Assembly (NCBI GenBank): GCA_037380845.1
Contig: JARRRI010000001.1
Coordinates: 1-60,696 of the forward strand
Length of the DNA stretch: 60,696 nt
From: Candidatus Sulfobium sp.
GTDB lineage: Bacteria > Nitrospirota > Thermodesulfovibrionia > Thermodesulfovibrionales > UBA6898
Reading direction: 5' to 3'
The notes below the pieces were generated by a model. That model ran no database searches and was not told the DNA's origin. It was given only the letters and a program-made list of their open reading frames with translations. The position numbers and the translations under genes are program-made. Shown here in pieces: positions 38,647 to 49,131 of the stretch. Every line of letters starts with the position of its first letter. Position 1 is the stretch's first letter.

Positions 38647-40077
38647 CTAGTCCTCTTCAATTCCCTGCAGGAGGTCCGAACTCCTCGGTTTGTGGTCTAT
38701 CTCTTCGAGGGCCTTTATCTCCTCGCCGCCCGTGGCGCCAAGCTCTTTGAATTTTCTCACCGAGGGCAGCACCCTGGCCTCCATCGAACCGATAATCTTA
38801 TTATAGGCCCCTATCGTCTTCTCAATGGCACCCCCCATCTCGGCAAAATATTTCGTCAGGGTGCCGATCCTCTCATAGAGTTCCCTTCCCAGAGAACTGA
38901 TCTCCTGGGCGTTCTTTGTCAGCCGTTCCTGCCGCCAGCCGTAGGCTATGGCGCGGAGGAGCGCAATGAAGGTAGTCGGCGTAGCGATGATCACCCTCTT
39001 GCGGATACCGTCTTCCAGAATGGCGTTGTCCACTTCCAGCGCAGCGCTCAGGAAGGATTCGCCCGGAATGAAGAGCACGACAAACTCCGGCGACTGTTTA
39101 AACTGGCTCCAGTATTCCTTGGACCCCAGTTTGTTCATATGGGTCCGCACCTGCTGGGCGTGCCTTTCCATACCCGTCTTTTTCCCTTCGTCCGTGGTGG
39201 CGGATACGGCGTCGAGGTACGCCTCCAGGGAGACCTTCGAATCGACGATAATGTCCCTTTCCATGGGAAGGTGGACTATCATGTCCGGCCTTATCCTGCC
39301 CTTTTCGGTGTCGACGGAATGCTGTTCGGAAAAATCGCAGTGCATGGACAGACCCGAGAGTTCGGCCACCCTCCTCAACTGCATCTCGCCCCACCTGCCA
39401 CGCACCTGGGGCTTCCGCAGGGCAGACACGAGATTGCTGGTCTCGCGCTGGAGGTTTTCGTGCGTTGACGCCAGCGTCCTCAACTGTTCGGAAAGACTGC
39501 CGTATGCCTTATGCCTGCTGTCCTCCATTGTCCTGATCTGCTCCTCGTAACGTTTCAGGGTCTCGAAGAGCGGCTTTATCATTCCGTCCATCGCGGCCTT
39601 ATGCTCGCCCAGTTTGCCCCTGGTCTCTGCAGCCACCTTCCCGAGCGACTCCGAGGCCAGCCGCAGGAAGTCTTCACTGCTGCTCTTCAGGGCGGCCGAG
39701 GAGAGTGCGTTGAAGGTGTCCGTCATTTCTTTCTTCAGGGCCTCCATCAGTGCCCTCTGTTCATCGAAGCTGCGCCGGGCCTCCTCAAGCTTCGTGACCG
39801 CCTCCACCCTCGTACGCCTCTCGCCGTCAAGCTCCCGTCTTATCTCGTCTGCTGCGGCGTCCTTCTGAATAACCTGTTGCCTCAGCTCTCCGACGACCGC
39901 TTCCGCACTTTTCGCCCGGCCGTCGAGTTCGGCAATCCTTTCCGCGTAATCTTTCTCCATGCCCGAAAATCGTTCCGCCGATTTTTTCTCCTGACGCCAG
40001 GCCGATAAGGACCAGGCCGCGGCCCCGCAGATCACGGCGCTTACGATAATCAGAACAACCATTGCAGTTACTGTCAT
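38647..40077 (-). CDS. rmuC: DNA recombination protein RmuC
   Basis: N-terminal TM, coiled coil, RGRWGEMQL, RPDMIVHLP, VDSKV, FVVLFIPGE and ATPTT. Confidence 0.95.
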   Translation of the reverse strand: MTVTAMVVLIIVSAVICGAAAWSLSAWRQEKKSAERFSGMEKDYAERIAELDGRAKSAEAVVGELRQQVIQKDAAADEIRRELDGERRTRVEAVTKLEEARRSFDEQRALMEALKKEMTDTFNALSSAALKSSSEDFLRLASESLGKVAAETRGKLGEHKAAMDGMIKPLFETLKRYEEQIRTMEDSRHKAYGSLSEQLRTLASTHENLQRETSNLVSALRKPQVRGRWGEMQLRRVAELSGLSMHCDFSEQHSVDTEKGRIRPDMIVHLPMERDIIVDSKVSLEAYLDAVSATTDEGKKTGMERHAQQVRTHMNKLGSKEYWSQFKQSPEFVVLFIPGESFLSAALEVDNAILEDGIRKRVIIATPTTFIALLRAIAYGWRQERLTKNAQEISSLGRELYERIGTLTKYFAEMGGAIEKTIGAYNKIIGSMEARVLPSVRKFKELGATGGEEIKALEEIDHKPRSSDLLQGIEED

Positions 40078-40189
40078 AAAGCTTCCTCCCCCCATTTTTC
40101 ATAAATAAGGAGTTGCGCCTTTTTGCCGCCTCCCGAAATTCCCCGCTCCTCCTTTTCCAAGGGGGAATTTCCGTTCCGGTCTCCTGCCG

Positions 40190-42163
40190 TCAGTTATCTC
40201 CTCCGCGCACTTTGCCCTCAACGCCTGAGACGGTTTTTTCAAGCAGCTTGGAACTTCTCCTTCCCGGCCGCTGCCTCCCCCCGACCGTCGGCGGAGTCTC
40301 AGACCTCTCTTCGAAAAAACTTTCGACTTCCCGGACGGAATGTACAATCCCCGTTTCGGGCAGTGAAGAAATTATCGTGCTCCCGTAAGAACTCACCATC
40401 AGTCTCGCGTCGAGGATAGCGACAACACCGTGATCCTCCGTGCTCCGTATAAGTCTGCCGAACCCCTGTCTCAGCGTAAGTATGGCCGAGGGAAGCGCCA
40501 GATCGGCAAACCACCTCTTCCCCAGCCTTCTGCATCTCTCATCATAGACCGGCTCGCCCGGCGACCCAAACGGCATCTTCATGATAATCACGAGACTCAA
40601 CTGCTCCCCTTTTATGTCTATCCCCTGCCAGAAAGTGGCCGTTGCGAGCAGGACGGCCCCCGGAGTCGTCCTGAACCAGTCGACGAGCCTGCCGGCCGGG
40701 CTGTCTCCCTGGGCCTTGAAAGGATAATCGATATCGATATTACTTCTGACGTAGTTCAGGTGCCTGTAAGAAGTAAACAGTACGAGCGCCCTGCCCTTCG
40801 ACGCCCGAACGAGTCCTTCGATGACCGGCAGGGCCTCCTTCCATATCTCCTCACCGTCACCCCCGGCAGGAGCCGGCAGGTCCCTGTCGATATAAAGCAG
40901 GCACTGTCTCCTGAAATCGAAGGGCGATCCGGCGATCATCTCCCTGAACACCGGACCTGTCTCCTGCCCCGGTCCCGCAATACCGAGCCTCTTTTTTACA
41001 AACCCGAAATCGCCGTTTGCAGCCATCGTGGCTGACGTCATGATCACACTATCGTAGCCGTCCACCAAAGCTTCAAACGGCTGCCGGCATTCTACCATGT
41101 TGCTCTTCAGTTCCATCCCCGCCCTGCTTCCGATAAGATAGTAGATCTGTTCTGTGTTTTTTTGCCCGATGAAGTCATCCATGACGGCATCGATAGAGGA
41201 CGCACAGGTAATGGTCGTCCTGACCCGGTCTTCCATCTCGTCGCCTGTAAGTGATTCCGCCTTCAGAGCCAGTCTGCCGACGACCTTATCGAGGTCGAGT
41301 AGACTCTTCAGGTTCTTCAACTCCCCGACAACGGAATCCGGTATTGGAAACAGGGATTTGAAAGGCAATTCCTTCCCCCTGAAAAAAAGGTCAACGGGTG
41401 CAAAGAGATGGTCGACGGACATCTTCAGCCCCCGGAGACGGTAAAGCAGCCATAACAGCCGGGAACGGGTGAGGCTGTTGCCGTAAACGTTTGAGATAAC
41501 GTTTTCGAGTTGGTGCGCTTCGTCGACAACGAGAAGACTGTGATGGGGTAGCAGGCTGCAACCGGAAAGCAGATCATAGATCAGGAGATGATGGTTAACC
41601 ACAAGGATATCCGTTCCTCTGAGGCGCCTGTAATGTCTGTAATAGAAACAGTCTCCATAATATGGACACATAACGGAGTTGCAGTCGTCGGAATCCCCGC
41701 AGACCAATGGCCAGAAGTGCGGAACAAAAGATAGTTCGTCCCTGTCGCCCGTCCCGGTGCCCGATGCCCATTCGCAGAAGACCCGATAGTCCTCCCCCGC
41801 ACCGGAGAACTCTCTCTCCCTCTGCAAACACAGATAGTTGTTCTTGCCCTTCAGCAGGGCAAAGGAAAAACTGCGGGGAAGGGCCTTCTGAAGAAAGGCG
41901 AGGTCTTTGCGCACCAGCTGCTCCTGGAGGGCAATGGACGCCGTAGATACCGTCGTCTTTTCACCGGACAAGACCGCAGGGATCAGATAGGCAAAGGACT
42001 TGCCGACACCGGTGCCCGCCTCGACAAGCAGGTTCTCTTTATCCCTGAGGCAGGAGAATACCTCTCCTGCCATCTCAAACTGCTGTGGGCGTTCTTCATA
42101 ACCCCTGAACCGCTTTTTCAGAATATCGAAGGCCTCGATGACCTCCTTCACAACTCCCCTCAT
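40190..42163 (-). CDS. DinG/YoaA-family ATP-dependent DNA helicase
   Basis: ERPQQ Q-motif, EAGTGVGKS, Fe-S cysteines, VDEAH, TSAT, FWQGID and QGFGRLIRS. Confidence 0.92.
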   Translation of the reverse strand: MRGVVKEVIEAFDILKKRFRGYEERPQQFEMAGEVFSCLRDKENLLVEAGTGVGKSFAYLIPAVLSGEKTTVSTASIALQEQLVRKDLAFLQKALPRSFSFALLKGKNNYLCLQREREFSGAGEDYRVFCEWASGTGTGDRDELSFVPHFWPLVCGDSDDCNSVMCPYYGDCFYYRHYRRLRGTDILVVNHHLLIYDLLSGCSLLPHHSLLVVDEAHQLENVISNVYGNSLTRSRLLWLLYRLRGLKMSVDHLFAPVDLFFRGKELPFKSLFPIPDSVVGELKNLKSLLDLDKVVGRLALKAESLTGDEMEDRVRTTITCASSIDAVMDDFIGQKNTEQIYYLIGSRAGMELKSNMVECRQPFEALVDGYDSVIMTSATMAANGDFGFVKKRLGIAGPGQETGPVFREMIAGSPFDFRRQCLLYIDRDLPAPAGGDGEEIWKEALPVIEGLVRASKGRALVLFTSYRHLNYVRSNIDIDYPFKAQGDSPAGRLVDWFRTTPGAVLLATATFWQGIDIKGEQLSLVIIMKMPFGSPGEPVYDERCRRLGKRWFADLALPSAILTLRQGFGRLIRSTEDHGVVAILDARLMVSSYGSTIISSLPETGIVHSVREVESFFEERSETPPTVGGRQRPGRRSSKLLEKTVSGVEGKVRGGDN

Positions 42164-42222
42164 CTCTTCACCCGCATATCGTGCCGCAAATCCGGATGTT
42201 CATCCCGCCCACCGGTTCCATA

Positions 42223-42603
42223 TCACCTTTCCGTAAATTCGGCGATCTCGGTGCGCACCAAAGCGAGGATCGCGGAATGGGGAACGATAAGGTACTTCCT
42301 GCCTTCAAACTCGATCTCGACAGCGGCATCCCTGAGAAAGAGGGCGTAGTCTCCCTCGACAGCCTGCAGAGGCATGTACCTCATCTCCAGTTTGTTCGCC
42401 GGAGACCATGGTTCCTCCATAATTACAGTGTGATCGTGTACCGGATAACCGGGCCCCACCTTGACGATATGCCCGCTCATCACTTTTTCCTTTTCCTTGA
42501 CGGTAGCCGGAAGATAAAGACCGGAATTTGTCTTGTTCTCTCTCTCGTCGGGGTCGATCAAAACCCTGTCGCCGACTACGATAAGATTTCTCTTTGCCTT
42601 CAC
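42223..42603 (-). CDS. GroES-family co-chaperone (atypical, stand-alone)
   Basis: VGDRVLI, TNSGLYLPATVKEK, GHIVKVGPG and YLIV...ILA; carries an internal insertion. Confidence 0.85.
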   Translation of the reverse strand: MKAKRNLIVVGDRVLIDPDERENKTNSGLYLPATVKEKEKVMSGHIVKVGPGYPVHDHTVIMEEPWSPANKLEMRYMPLQAVEGDYALFLRDAAVEIEFEGRKYLIVPHSAILALVRTEIAEFTER

Positions 42604-42856
42604 CGCAGTATTTTAAAACATATCCGGGGGTTTTATCTTCCCGGAAGCCGCCGACTGACGTACTGCCTGCCGTAAAGGCACCTTTACGCGACTCCCTTTT
42701 TTAAGACGGTATGACGGATCAGGAGGGATGCAACTCTGACATCGTTTTAATGAACTACCGCAACACAACTGAGCGGAATCCAGGACCTCCCTCAAGGGGA
42801 TTAAGAGGAAGCAACTTCAAAGGACCCCGGGATGCAGAGCATCCGGGAATTTGCGG

Positions 42857-43333
42857 TTAAACCACCACGCCGGGTGTTATCATCCACTGCAGTGTCCAGT
42901 TCCCCTTCTCGTCTCTCTCAAGACATGTGACACAACCCATCCTGAACGAGACTACGTTCCGGTCCGCATCGCCGCAGAGAAGCAATGACGCCAGTTTCCC
43001 CAGGTGGGGCAAGTGACCGACCAGCACTATATTTTCGGTGACGCTCGCCGTGAGGTATTTCAGGCGGTCCGCCCACGCAGAAGGGTCGTCCATAGGTGCC
43101 AGCCCGTCTGACTCCGCCGTAGCGCCCGATGGTTTCACATATTCGGCCAGTATGTCGGCCGTCTGTTTAGCCCTCAGCTTCTTACTATGGAGTACCCGGC
43201 TGATCTTGAAGTCCAGCTTCGACAGGTGCAAGGCCACCTTTGTGATGTCCTTCACTCCTTTTTCGGACAACGGCCTTGACGGATCTTCTTGTTCAGTCTT
43301 GGCTTCAGCGTGCTGAACCAGATAAAGAAACAT
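42857..43333 (-). CDS. sixA: Phosphohistidine phosphatase SixA
   Basis: LYLVQHAEA, RPLSEKG, HSKKLRAKQTA and LVGHLPHL. Confidence 0.9.
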   Translation of the reverse strand: MFLYLVQHAEAKTEQEDPSRPLSEKGVKDITKVALHLSKLDFKISRVLHSKKLRAKQTADILAEYVKPSGATAESDGLAPMDDPSAWADRLKYLTASVTENIVLVGHLPHLGKLASLLLCGDADRNVVSFRMGCVTCLERDEKGNWTLQWMITPGVVV

Positions 43334-43635
43334 AACTTCCCCCTTGCCGTGACATCAATCTTCCGGCGGTCAAAGGCCGGCTTATCAAAGCTTCCGGATT
43401 GTTTATCCCGTCGAGATATAAGTACTCCTGTAACAATTTTATCTCTTTGGCTTCTAACATGCAAACGACGAAACAGGGGAAAAAAGACGGGGCCGGAGGC
43501 GGGTAAACTCCGCGGGAATGACGCAAACGAAAGCATAATGTTAAATAGTCAACTGTGGGGCAGATTCTCATAAACCCGAAAAACGTGGCTCAGGCAGGCC
43601 GGACGTAGTCCTGTGGCGTATATAGAATGACCGGC

Positions 43636-44517
43636 CTAGCCCACGATCTCCGTACCGACGCCTTCCTTCGTAAAAATCTCGAGGAGGAGACAGTGAGGTA
43701 TCCTTCCGTCCACGATGTGAGTCTTGTTCACTCCTGCCGAGATGGCCTCAAGACAGGCCGCAATTTTTGGCAGCATGCCCCCGGTGATGGTCCCGTTTCT
43801 TATAAGGCCGTTGATCCGCGTCCTTGTCAATGTAGACAGAACATCACCCTTCCTGCCAAGAAGTCCGGGCACATCAGTAAGCAGGATAAGCTTCTCGGCC
43901 TTCAGGCTTGAAGCCACGGCAGCAGCAACAAGGTCTGCATTGATATTCAAGGTCTCGCCGTTCGGGCCGGCCCCGATGGGCGAAATAACAGGGACAAAAC
44001 CGTCTTTCTGCAGACTGCCGATAACTGCGGGGGCAACCGAAGTCACTTCTCCTACAAGCCCCAGGTCGACTATCTCGCTGACACCGGTTTCGGGCGTCAT
44101 CTTTCTGATAGTCTTCTTGCGAGCGGTTATCAGCCCGCCGTCTTTTCCACTGAGGCCGACCGCCTTTCCCCCGTTTCTGTTGATCAGGGCAACTATCTCC
44201 TTGTTTACGAGACCCCCGAGGACCATCTCCACAATCTCCATGGTCTCCCGGTCCGTCACTCTCTGCCCGTGAATGAATTCGGGTATCTTCCCCATCTTCT
44301 TCATGACTGCCGATATTCGCGGACCGCCGCCATGGACAATCACGGTGCGAATCCCTATGAAATTAAGCATTACTATATCCTTGGCAAAGGACTCCTTAAG
44401 ATCATCCTTCGCCTGGGCGGCGCCTCCGTATTTAACGACAAACGTCTTCCCGTAAAAATTCCTTATATAAGGGAGAGCGTCAATCAGTATCTCGGCTTTT
44501 CTTATTATCTCTTCCAT
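43636..44517 (-). CDS. argB: Acetylglutamate kinase
   Basis: VVKYGG, VHGGGP, GLSGKDG, NINAD and GGMLPK. Confidence 0.97.
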   Translation of the reverse strand: MEEIIRKAEILIDALPYIRNFYGKTFVVKYGGAAQAKDDLKESFAKDIVMLNFIGIRTVIVHGGGPRISAVMKKMGKIPEFIHGQRVTDRETMEIVEMVLGGLVNKEIVALINRNGGKAVGLSGKDGGLITARKKTIRKMTPETGVSEIVDLGLVGEVTSVAPAVIGSLQKDGFVPVISPIGAGPNGETLNINADLVAAAVASSLKAEKLILLTDVPGLLGRKGDVLSTLTRTRINGLIRNGTITGGMLPKIAACLEAISAGVNKTHIVDGRIPHCLLLEIFTKEGVGTEIVG

Positions 44518-44518
44518 G

Positions 44519-45100
44519 CTATTTTTCTTCGAAACAGGGGATGCAGACTATCTTTCCGTCTTTTATCCTGGCCCGCGGCTCCATCATTTTTTCCCCGCAG
44601 GACTCACAGCGTATGCTGTTGTAAACCTCAGCCTCCGGGGGAAGCTTTTCCTTACCCCTTTTCGTCTTCATTAGTTCCTTTTCATCCGCCTCCAGAATGT
44701 GACGGATTCTGGCGGACCTTCTGTCGTGGACAAATTTAACGACCCTGGCGGACCGCTCGCCTTTCATGTACTTGTCCCACATCGCCTTCTCTTGCGTCGT
44801 CTCCTCAGGTCTTTTCCAGTCCACCGAAATACGGATTCTCCTGCCTGAAGGCCTGCTTATGAATGTATACACCTGCTTGCCGTAATCCCTGAATATCAGG
44901 TTCCCCTTACCGAATGTGCATCCGGTCATCACCTGCACCGCATCAACGGCACAGGAATTGTTTTCAACGATTGCTACGACCTCTTCGTCCGCAGCATGCT
45001 TTCCCCATTCTTTCAATGCCCGAAGAGCGACCCGGTAACCCAGTGCGAGTCCGGGACAGGAATGCCCGTGAAATTCTGTTACTTCATCGTAGGTTTTCAT
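44519..45100 (-). CDS. FmdE-family protein with C-terminal zinc finger
   Basis: FHGHSCPGLALG, CAVDAVQ..TGCTFGKGNL, CESCGE and CIPC. Confidence 0.92.
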   Translation of the reverse strand: MKTYDEVTEFHGHSCPGLALGYRVALRALKEWGKHAADEEVVAIVENNSCAVDAVQVMTGCTFGKGNLIFRDYGKQVYTFISRPSGRRIRISVDWKRPEETTQEKAMWDKYMKGERSARVVKFVHDRRSARIRHILEADEKELMKTKRGKEKLPPEAEVYNSIRCESCGEKMMEPRARIKDGKIVCIPCFEEK

Positions 45101-45322
45101 GCAGTAATTTTACACAAAAAAGATTTTTTTGAATAGCGCTGGACCTGAAATACATCACAGAGAATGGCACACAAGCGGCAATAAGAGGGCGGCAACCGGC
45201 AGAATACAGAACGTTCGCTGAAATCCGTCTACCAGTCAGTGCCTCGACCGGTCCTGTCACCTTAAAAAGGATTTGAGGCGCGCTTTCCGGCCGGCGTGCA
45301 AAGGAAGAGTTGCGGTGACGTC

Positions 45323-46048
45323 TTATTTCCGGGGGTCGGCCTTAAGCACGCATGCCTCATAGCCTTCCTGCCCCAATTTCCCGGCAACCGACACCGCCTT
45401 ATTGAAATCACCGTAGTCCCCGATCCTTACCCTGTAATATTTCTTACCTTCCAGGTCCGCTTCCTGGATGTAAACATTGTCATATTCAGGACTAAGCCCG
45501 GCCTTCAACCTGACCGCATTGGTGCTTCCTTTAAACGAGCCGATCTGCACCGCGAAGGGCCCCTGCTCTCCCCCGGCCTGAACCCTGGCGCTCCTGACAT
45601 AGGACATGTCCCTCCCTTTGACCTCCAGGAAGACCCTTCCCGTGCCTGGTCCTATCAGACCGATCTTCTTTGCACAGGCATAAGAAAGATCGATGTCCCG
45701 ACCTTCGACGAACGGGCCCCGATCGTTTACAATACACTCGACGCTCTCGTTATTCGACGCATTAGTGACTTTAAGGCGCGTCCCGAACGGGTATTCCTTG
45801 TGGGCACACGTGTAGGAGTACATATTGAACGTCTCGCCGGAGGACGTCGGCCTTCCCTGGAACGCAGGACCATACCAGGAAGCCACCGCATACGTCGACT
45901 GGGGAAGAGTTTCCTGGCGTACCCCCGAGCAGGAACTGAAGACCAGCAAAGAAATGATCAGAAGGGACAAGCCCATCAGGCCTCGCGGCGCGGGCCTGAA
46001 CGCGCCGGATGACTTTATTCCCTGAAGAAGACTAATCCCTCGGGCCAT
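45323..46048 (-). CDS. rlpA: Septal ring lytic transglycosylase RlpA (DPBB + SPOR)
   Basis: Lipobox FSSC, ASWYG, TSSGE, VNDRGPF, IDLSY and SPOR VQIGSF. Confidence 0.92.
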   Translation of the reverse strand: MARGISLLQGIKSSGAFRPAPRGLMGLSLLIISLLVFSSCSGVRQETLPQSTYAVASWYGPAFQGRPTSSGETFNMYSYTCAHKEYPFGTRLKVTNASNNESVECIVNDRGPFVEGRDIDLSYACAKKIGLIGPGTGRVFLEVKGRDMSYVRSARVQAGGEQGPFAVQIGSFKGSTNAVRLKAGLSPEYDNVYIQEADLEGKKYYRVRIGDYGDFNKAVSVAGKLGQEGYEACVLKADPRK

Positions 46049-46060
46049 TCATATCATTCC

Positions 46061-47401
46061 CTACAATATATATCTGCTCAGATCTTCGTCCATGACGATA
46101 TCACCCAGTTTCTCCCTGACATAAGCCCTGTCTATGCCGAGCCGCGTACCCTTCTTTTCCGGAGCATCGAAGGAGATGTCCTCTAGGAGTTTTTCAAGGA
46201 CGGTATGCAGCCTTCTTGCACCGATGTTTTCAGTCTTGTCGTTCACCAGCGCGGCGATTTCCGAAATCTCATCGATCGACTCCTCTGAAAATTCGATCTC
46301 GACCTCCTCCGTCCCGAGCAGGGCCGTGTACTGTTTGACGAGCGCGTTGTGGGGTTCCGTCAGTATGCGCCGGAAATCTTCCTTGCCGAGGGCGTCCAGT
46401 TCAACCCTTATCGGAAATCTTCCCTGCAGTTCCGGGATCAGATCGGAAGGCTTCGCCATATGAAAGGCCCCGGAGGCAATAAAGAGGACATGCTCGGTCC
46501 TGACCGGTCCGTGCTTGGTAGTTACCGTCGAGCCTTCCACGATCGGCAGCAGGTCCCGCTGAACGCCTTCCCTTGATACGTCCGGACCCTGCCCATGCCC
46601 CTTGGTTGCCACTTTGTCGATTTCATCGATGAACGCGATTCCAGTCTGTTCGACCCGCTCGATCGCCTCCTGGATTATCTTGTCCATATCGATAAGTTTG
46701 CCCGATTCTTCCTGTTCCAGGACGACAAGTGCCTCGGGGACCTTCACCTTCTTTCTCTTCGCCTTCTCCGGCAGCAGGTTGCCAAGCATCGATTTCAGGT
46801 TTATCTCCAGTTCCTCAAGACCCACATTCGAGATCACCCCGAAGGGCATCGACTTCTCCTTCACTTCCACATCGACATACCGGGAATCGAGCTTCCCGTT
46901 TTTCAATTGCTCCCTGAGCCTCTCCCTCGTTTCCCGCGTCCGTTCTCTCTCCTGTTCGTCAACTTCGGTCATCCTGAGTGTGCGGGGCTGGGGCAGCAGA
47001 ATGTCGAGCAGCCTCTCCTCGGCCAGACGTTTCGCCTTCTCCCTTATCTTTTCGAGGTGCTCCTGCCTCACCATATTTACGGATATCTCGGTAAGGTCCC
47101 TTATCATAGATTCAACGTCGCGTCCGACATATCCTACTTCCGTAAATTTCGAGGCTTCAACCTTAAGAAAAGGAGCATTGGCAAGCCGGGAGAGCCTTCT
47201 GGCGATTTCCGTTTTTCCGACACCGGTCGGCCCGATCATGATGATGTTTTTCGGCAGTACCTCGTCCTTCAGCTCCGGCGAAAGCCTCTGCCTCCTCCAC
47301 CTGTTCCGCAGGGCCACCGCCACGGCTTTTTTTGCATTGTCCTGTCCGATTATATATTTATCGAGTTCTTCGACGATCTTGCGCGGCGTAAGCGTATCCA
47401 T
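46061..47401 (-). CDS. hslU: ATP-dependent protease ATPase subunit HslU
   Basis: [32 protein letters not shown] and ENIGARRL. Confidence 0.98.
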   Translation of the reverse strand: MDTLTPRKIVEELDKYIIGQDNAKKAVAVALRNRWRRQRLSPELKDEVLPKNIIMIGPTGVGKTEIARRLSRLANAPFLKVEASKFTEVGYVGRDVESMIRDLTEISVNMVRQEHLEKIREKAKRLAEERLLDILLPQPRTLRMTEVDEQERERTRETRERLREQLKNGKLDSRYVDVEVKEKSMPFGVISNVGLEELEINLKSMLGNLLPEKAKRKKVKVPEALVVLEQEESGKLIDMDKIIQEAIERVEQTGIAFIDEIDKVATKGHGQGPDVSREGVQRDLLPIVEGSTVTTKHGPVRTEHVLFIASGAFHMAKPSDLIPELQGRFPIRVELDALGKEDFRRILTEPHNALVKQYTALLGTEEVEIEFSEESIDEISEIAALVNDKTENIGARRLHTVLEKLLEDISFDAPEKKGTRLGIDRAYVREKLGDIVMDEDLSRYIL

Positions 47402-47402
47402 T

Positions 47403-47936
47403 CTATGAAAGCTCCTCTATCGTAATATTTTCATTGGTATATATGCAGATGGCAGATGCTATGGTCATTGCTTTCTCTATTATCGTCCTGGCATCCAGTT
47501 CGGTGTTGTCATAAAGGGCCCGCGCTGCAGCCTGGGCGTAAGGCCCGCCTGAACCGATCGCCGCGATTCCCTCCTCCGGCTCAATGACATCGCCGGTTCC
47601 TGAAATGATAAATGTATGCTCCCGGTCGGCAACCACAAGAAGGGCCTCGAGCCTCCTGAGTATCTTGTCGGTCCTCCAGTCTTTCGCAAGCTCTACGGCC
47701 GCCCGCGTGATATTCCCCCTGTATTTCTCCAGCTTCCCTTCAAATTTTTCGAACAGGGTGAAGGCATCCGCGGTAGCTCCTGCAAACCCCGCAATTACCT
47801 TGTCGCCGTACATCTTTCGTATCTTTTTTGCGTTATGCTTGAGTACCGTGCTGCCCATGGTTACTTGTCCGTCACCGCCTATTGCAGCCTTGTCGTTCCG
47901 TCTCACACAAAGTATTGTAGTACCCTGAAACATCAT
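47403..47936 (-). CDS. hslV: ATP-dependent protease peptidase subunit HslV
   Basis: [22 protein letters not shown] and AIGSGG. Confidence 0.98.
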   Translation of the reverse strand: MMFQGTTILCVRRNDKAAIGGDGQVTMGSTVLKHNAKKIRKMYGDKVIAGFAGATADAFTLFEKFEGKLEKYRGNITRAAVELAKDWRTDKILRRLEALLVVADREHTFIISGTGDVIEPEEGIAAIGSGGPYAQAAARALYDNTELDARTIIEKAMTIASAICIYTNENITIEELS

Positions 47937-48204
47937 AGCTCCTTGTTGAACAATTGATTATTTTACACAATGCGGACACTGCCTGTCATTACCATTACAT
48001 TATATCTCAATCCCGGAAACAGTCTTCCCTGCAGTCGAAATTCTTCCTTTCAGACGCCGGCGGCTTCAACCGGTTTTCGGGACGCCGGATTGCCGATTAC
48101 TGCCTGGCGAATGACGGAAGAAGATACACCCCCGGGCAAACCGGACTCGGACACGAGCCGGATACCGGGAAAATACCGGGAAGGCGTAAAGAGGTTGTAG
48201 CCTC

Positions 48205-49086
48205 CTACTCTTCTTCACTGTCCGATAGGGGGTGGGCCTTATCGTACACGTCCATCAAGTGCGTGATATCGAGGTGCGTGTATTTCTGGGTAGTCGACAG
48301 GGAAGAATGGCCGAGGAGTTCCTGAATGACCCTCAGATCGGCGCCGCCCTGGAGGAGATGAGATGCAAACGTATGGCGGAGTGTATGCGGCCCGATCCGG
48401 CCGTTGATGCCGACCATCCTCGCGTACTTGACCACGATCCTCCTTACACCACGTTCTGAAAGTTTTGTGCCCTGCCTGTTGAGAAACAGGGACCTGCTCT
48501 TTCTCTTCAGGAGTATCTTCTCCACAAGATATGACTTTATGGCCTCGACCGCTTTTCCACCCACTGGCAGGATGCGCTCTTTTCTGCCTTTTCCCCTGAC
48601 TTTGACAAGACCTTCTCTGGCATTGACGTCTTCGGTGTTCAGGCCGGCGATCTCACTTACCCGCAAGCCACTCGAATACAGCAGTTCCAGAATCGCCCTG
48701 TCACGCGCCTGAACAAATCCTATTCCGCCCGGTTTTTCGAGAAGAGAAAACGCATCATCAACAGACAGAAACTGCGGCAGGGCCGCCTGTGTCTTCGGTG
48801 TCGACACAAGCTTTGCCGGGTTGGATTTAATATATCCTTCCCTGTGCATATATTTGAGGAAGGACCTGACCGAGGCGAGCCGTCGCCCCGCGGTTGTCTT
48901 GTTCAGTCCCCCCCTCATCTGAAGCGCCACGAAACCCCTCACGTCGATCAGCCCCACGTCGTTTACGTCCTTTTTCACAAATGTGCTGAAAGCCTCCAGG
49001 TCTTTTCTGTAAGCCCGGAGTGTGTGAGGAGATGCGCCCTTCTGCACCTCAAGATACTTCATGAATTTGTCTATATGTTCTTTCAT
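48205..49086 (-). CDS. xerC: Tyrosine recombinase XerC
   Basis: ELLYSSGLRVSE, GKGRKER, PHTLRHTFASHLL and LGHSSLSTTQKYTH; conserved trmFO-xerC-hslVU context. Confidence 0.93.
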   Translation of the reverse strand: MKEHIDKFMKYLEVQKGASPHTLRAYRKDLEAFSTFVKKDVNDVGLIDVRGFVALQMRGGLNKTTAGRRLASVRSFLKYMHREGYIKSNPAKLVSTPKTQAALPQFLSVDDAFSLLEKPGGIGFVQARDRAILELLYSSGLRVSEIAGLNTEDVNAREGLVKVRGKGRKERILPVGGKAVEAIKSYLVEKILLKRKSRSLFLNRQGTKLSERGVRRIVVKYARMVGINGRIGPHTLRHTFASHLLQGGADLRVIQELLGHSSLSTTQKYTHLDITHLMDVYDKAHPLSDSEEE

Positions 49087-49131
49087 GGCAGCCTCATTGC
49101 AAGACTTTTCCGGTACCCCTTCCATGCTGTT

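Noticed and set aside
40190..42163. Type IV CRISPR-associated CasDinG or defence helicase
   Set aside because: No cas genes or array nearby; it looks like an ordinary Fe-S DinG/YoaA.
42604..42856. ncRNA or small CDS between sixA and the groES-like gene
   Set aside because: Several short hairpins, but no recognisable motif or credible ORF.
44519..45100. Methanogenesis marker (FmdE)
   Set aside because: Stand-alone FmdE-family genes are common in anaerobic bacteria; no other fmd/fwd genes are present.
48205..49086. Phage or island integrase
   Set aside because: Sequence and trmFO-xerC-hslVU synteny indicate housekeeping XerC.
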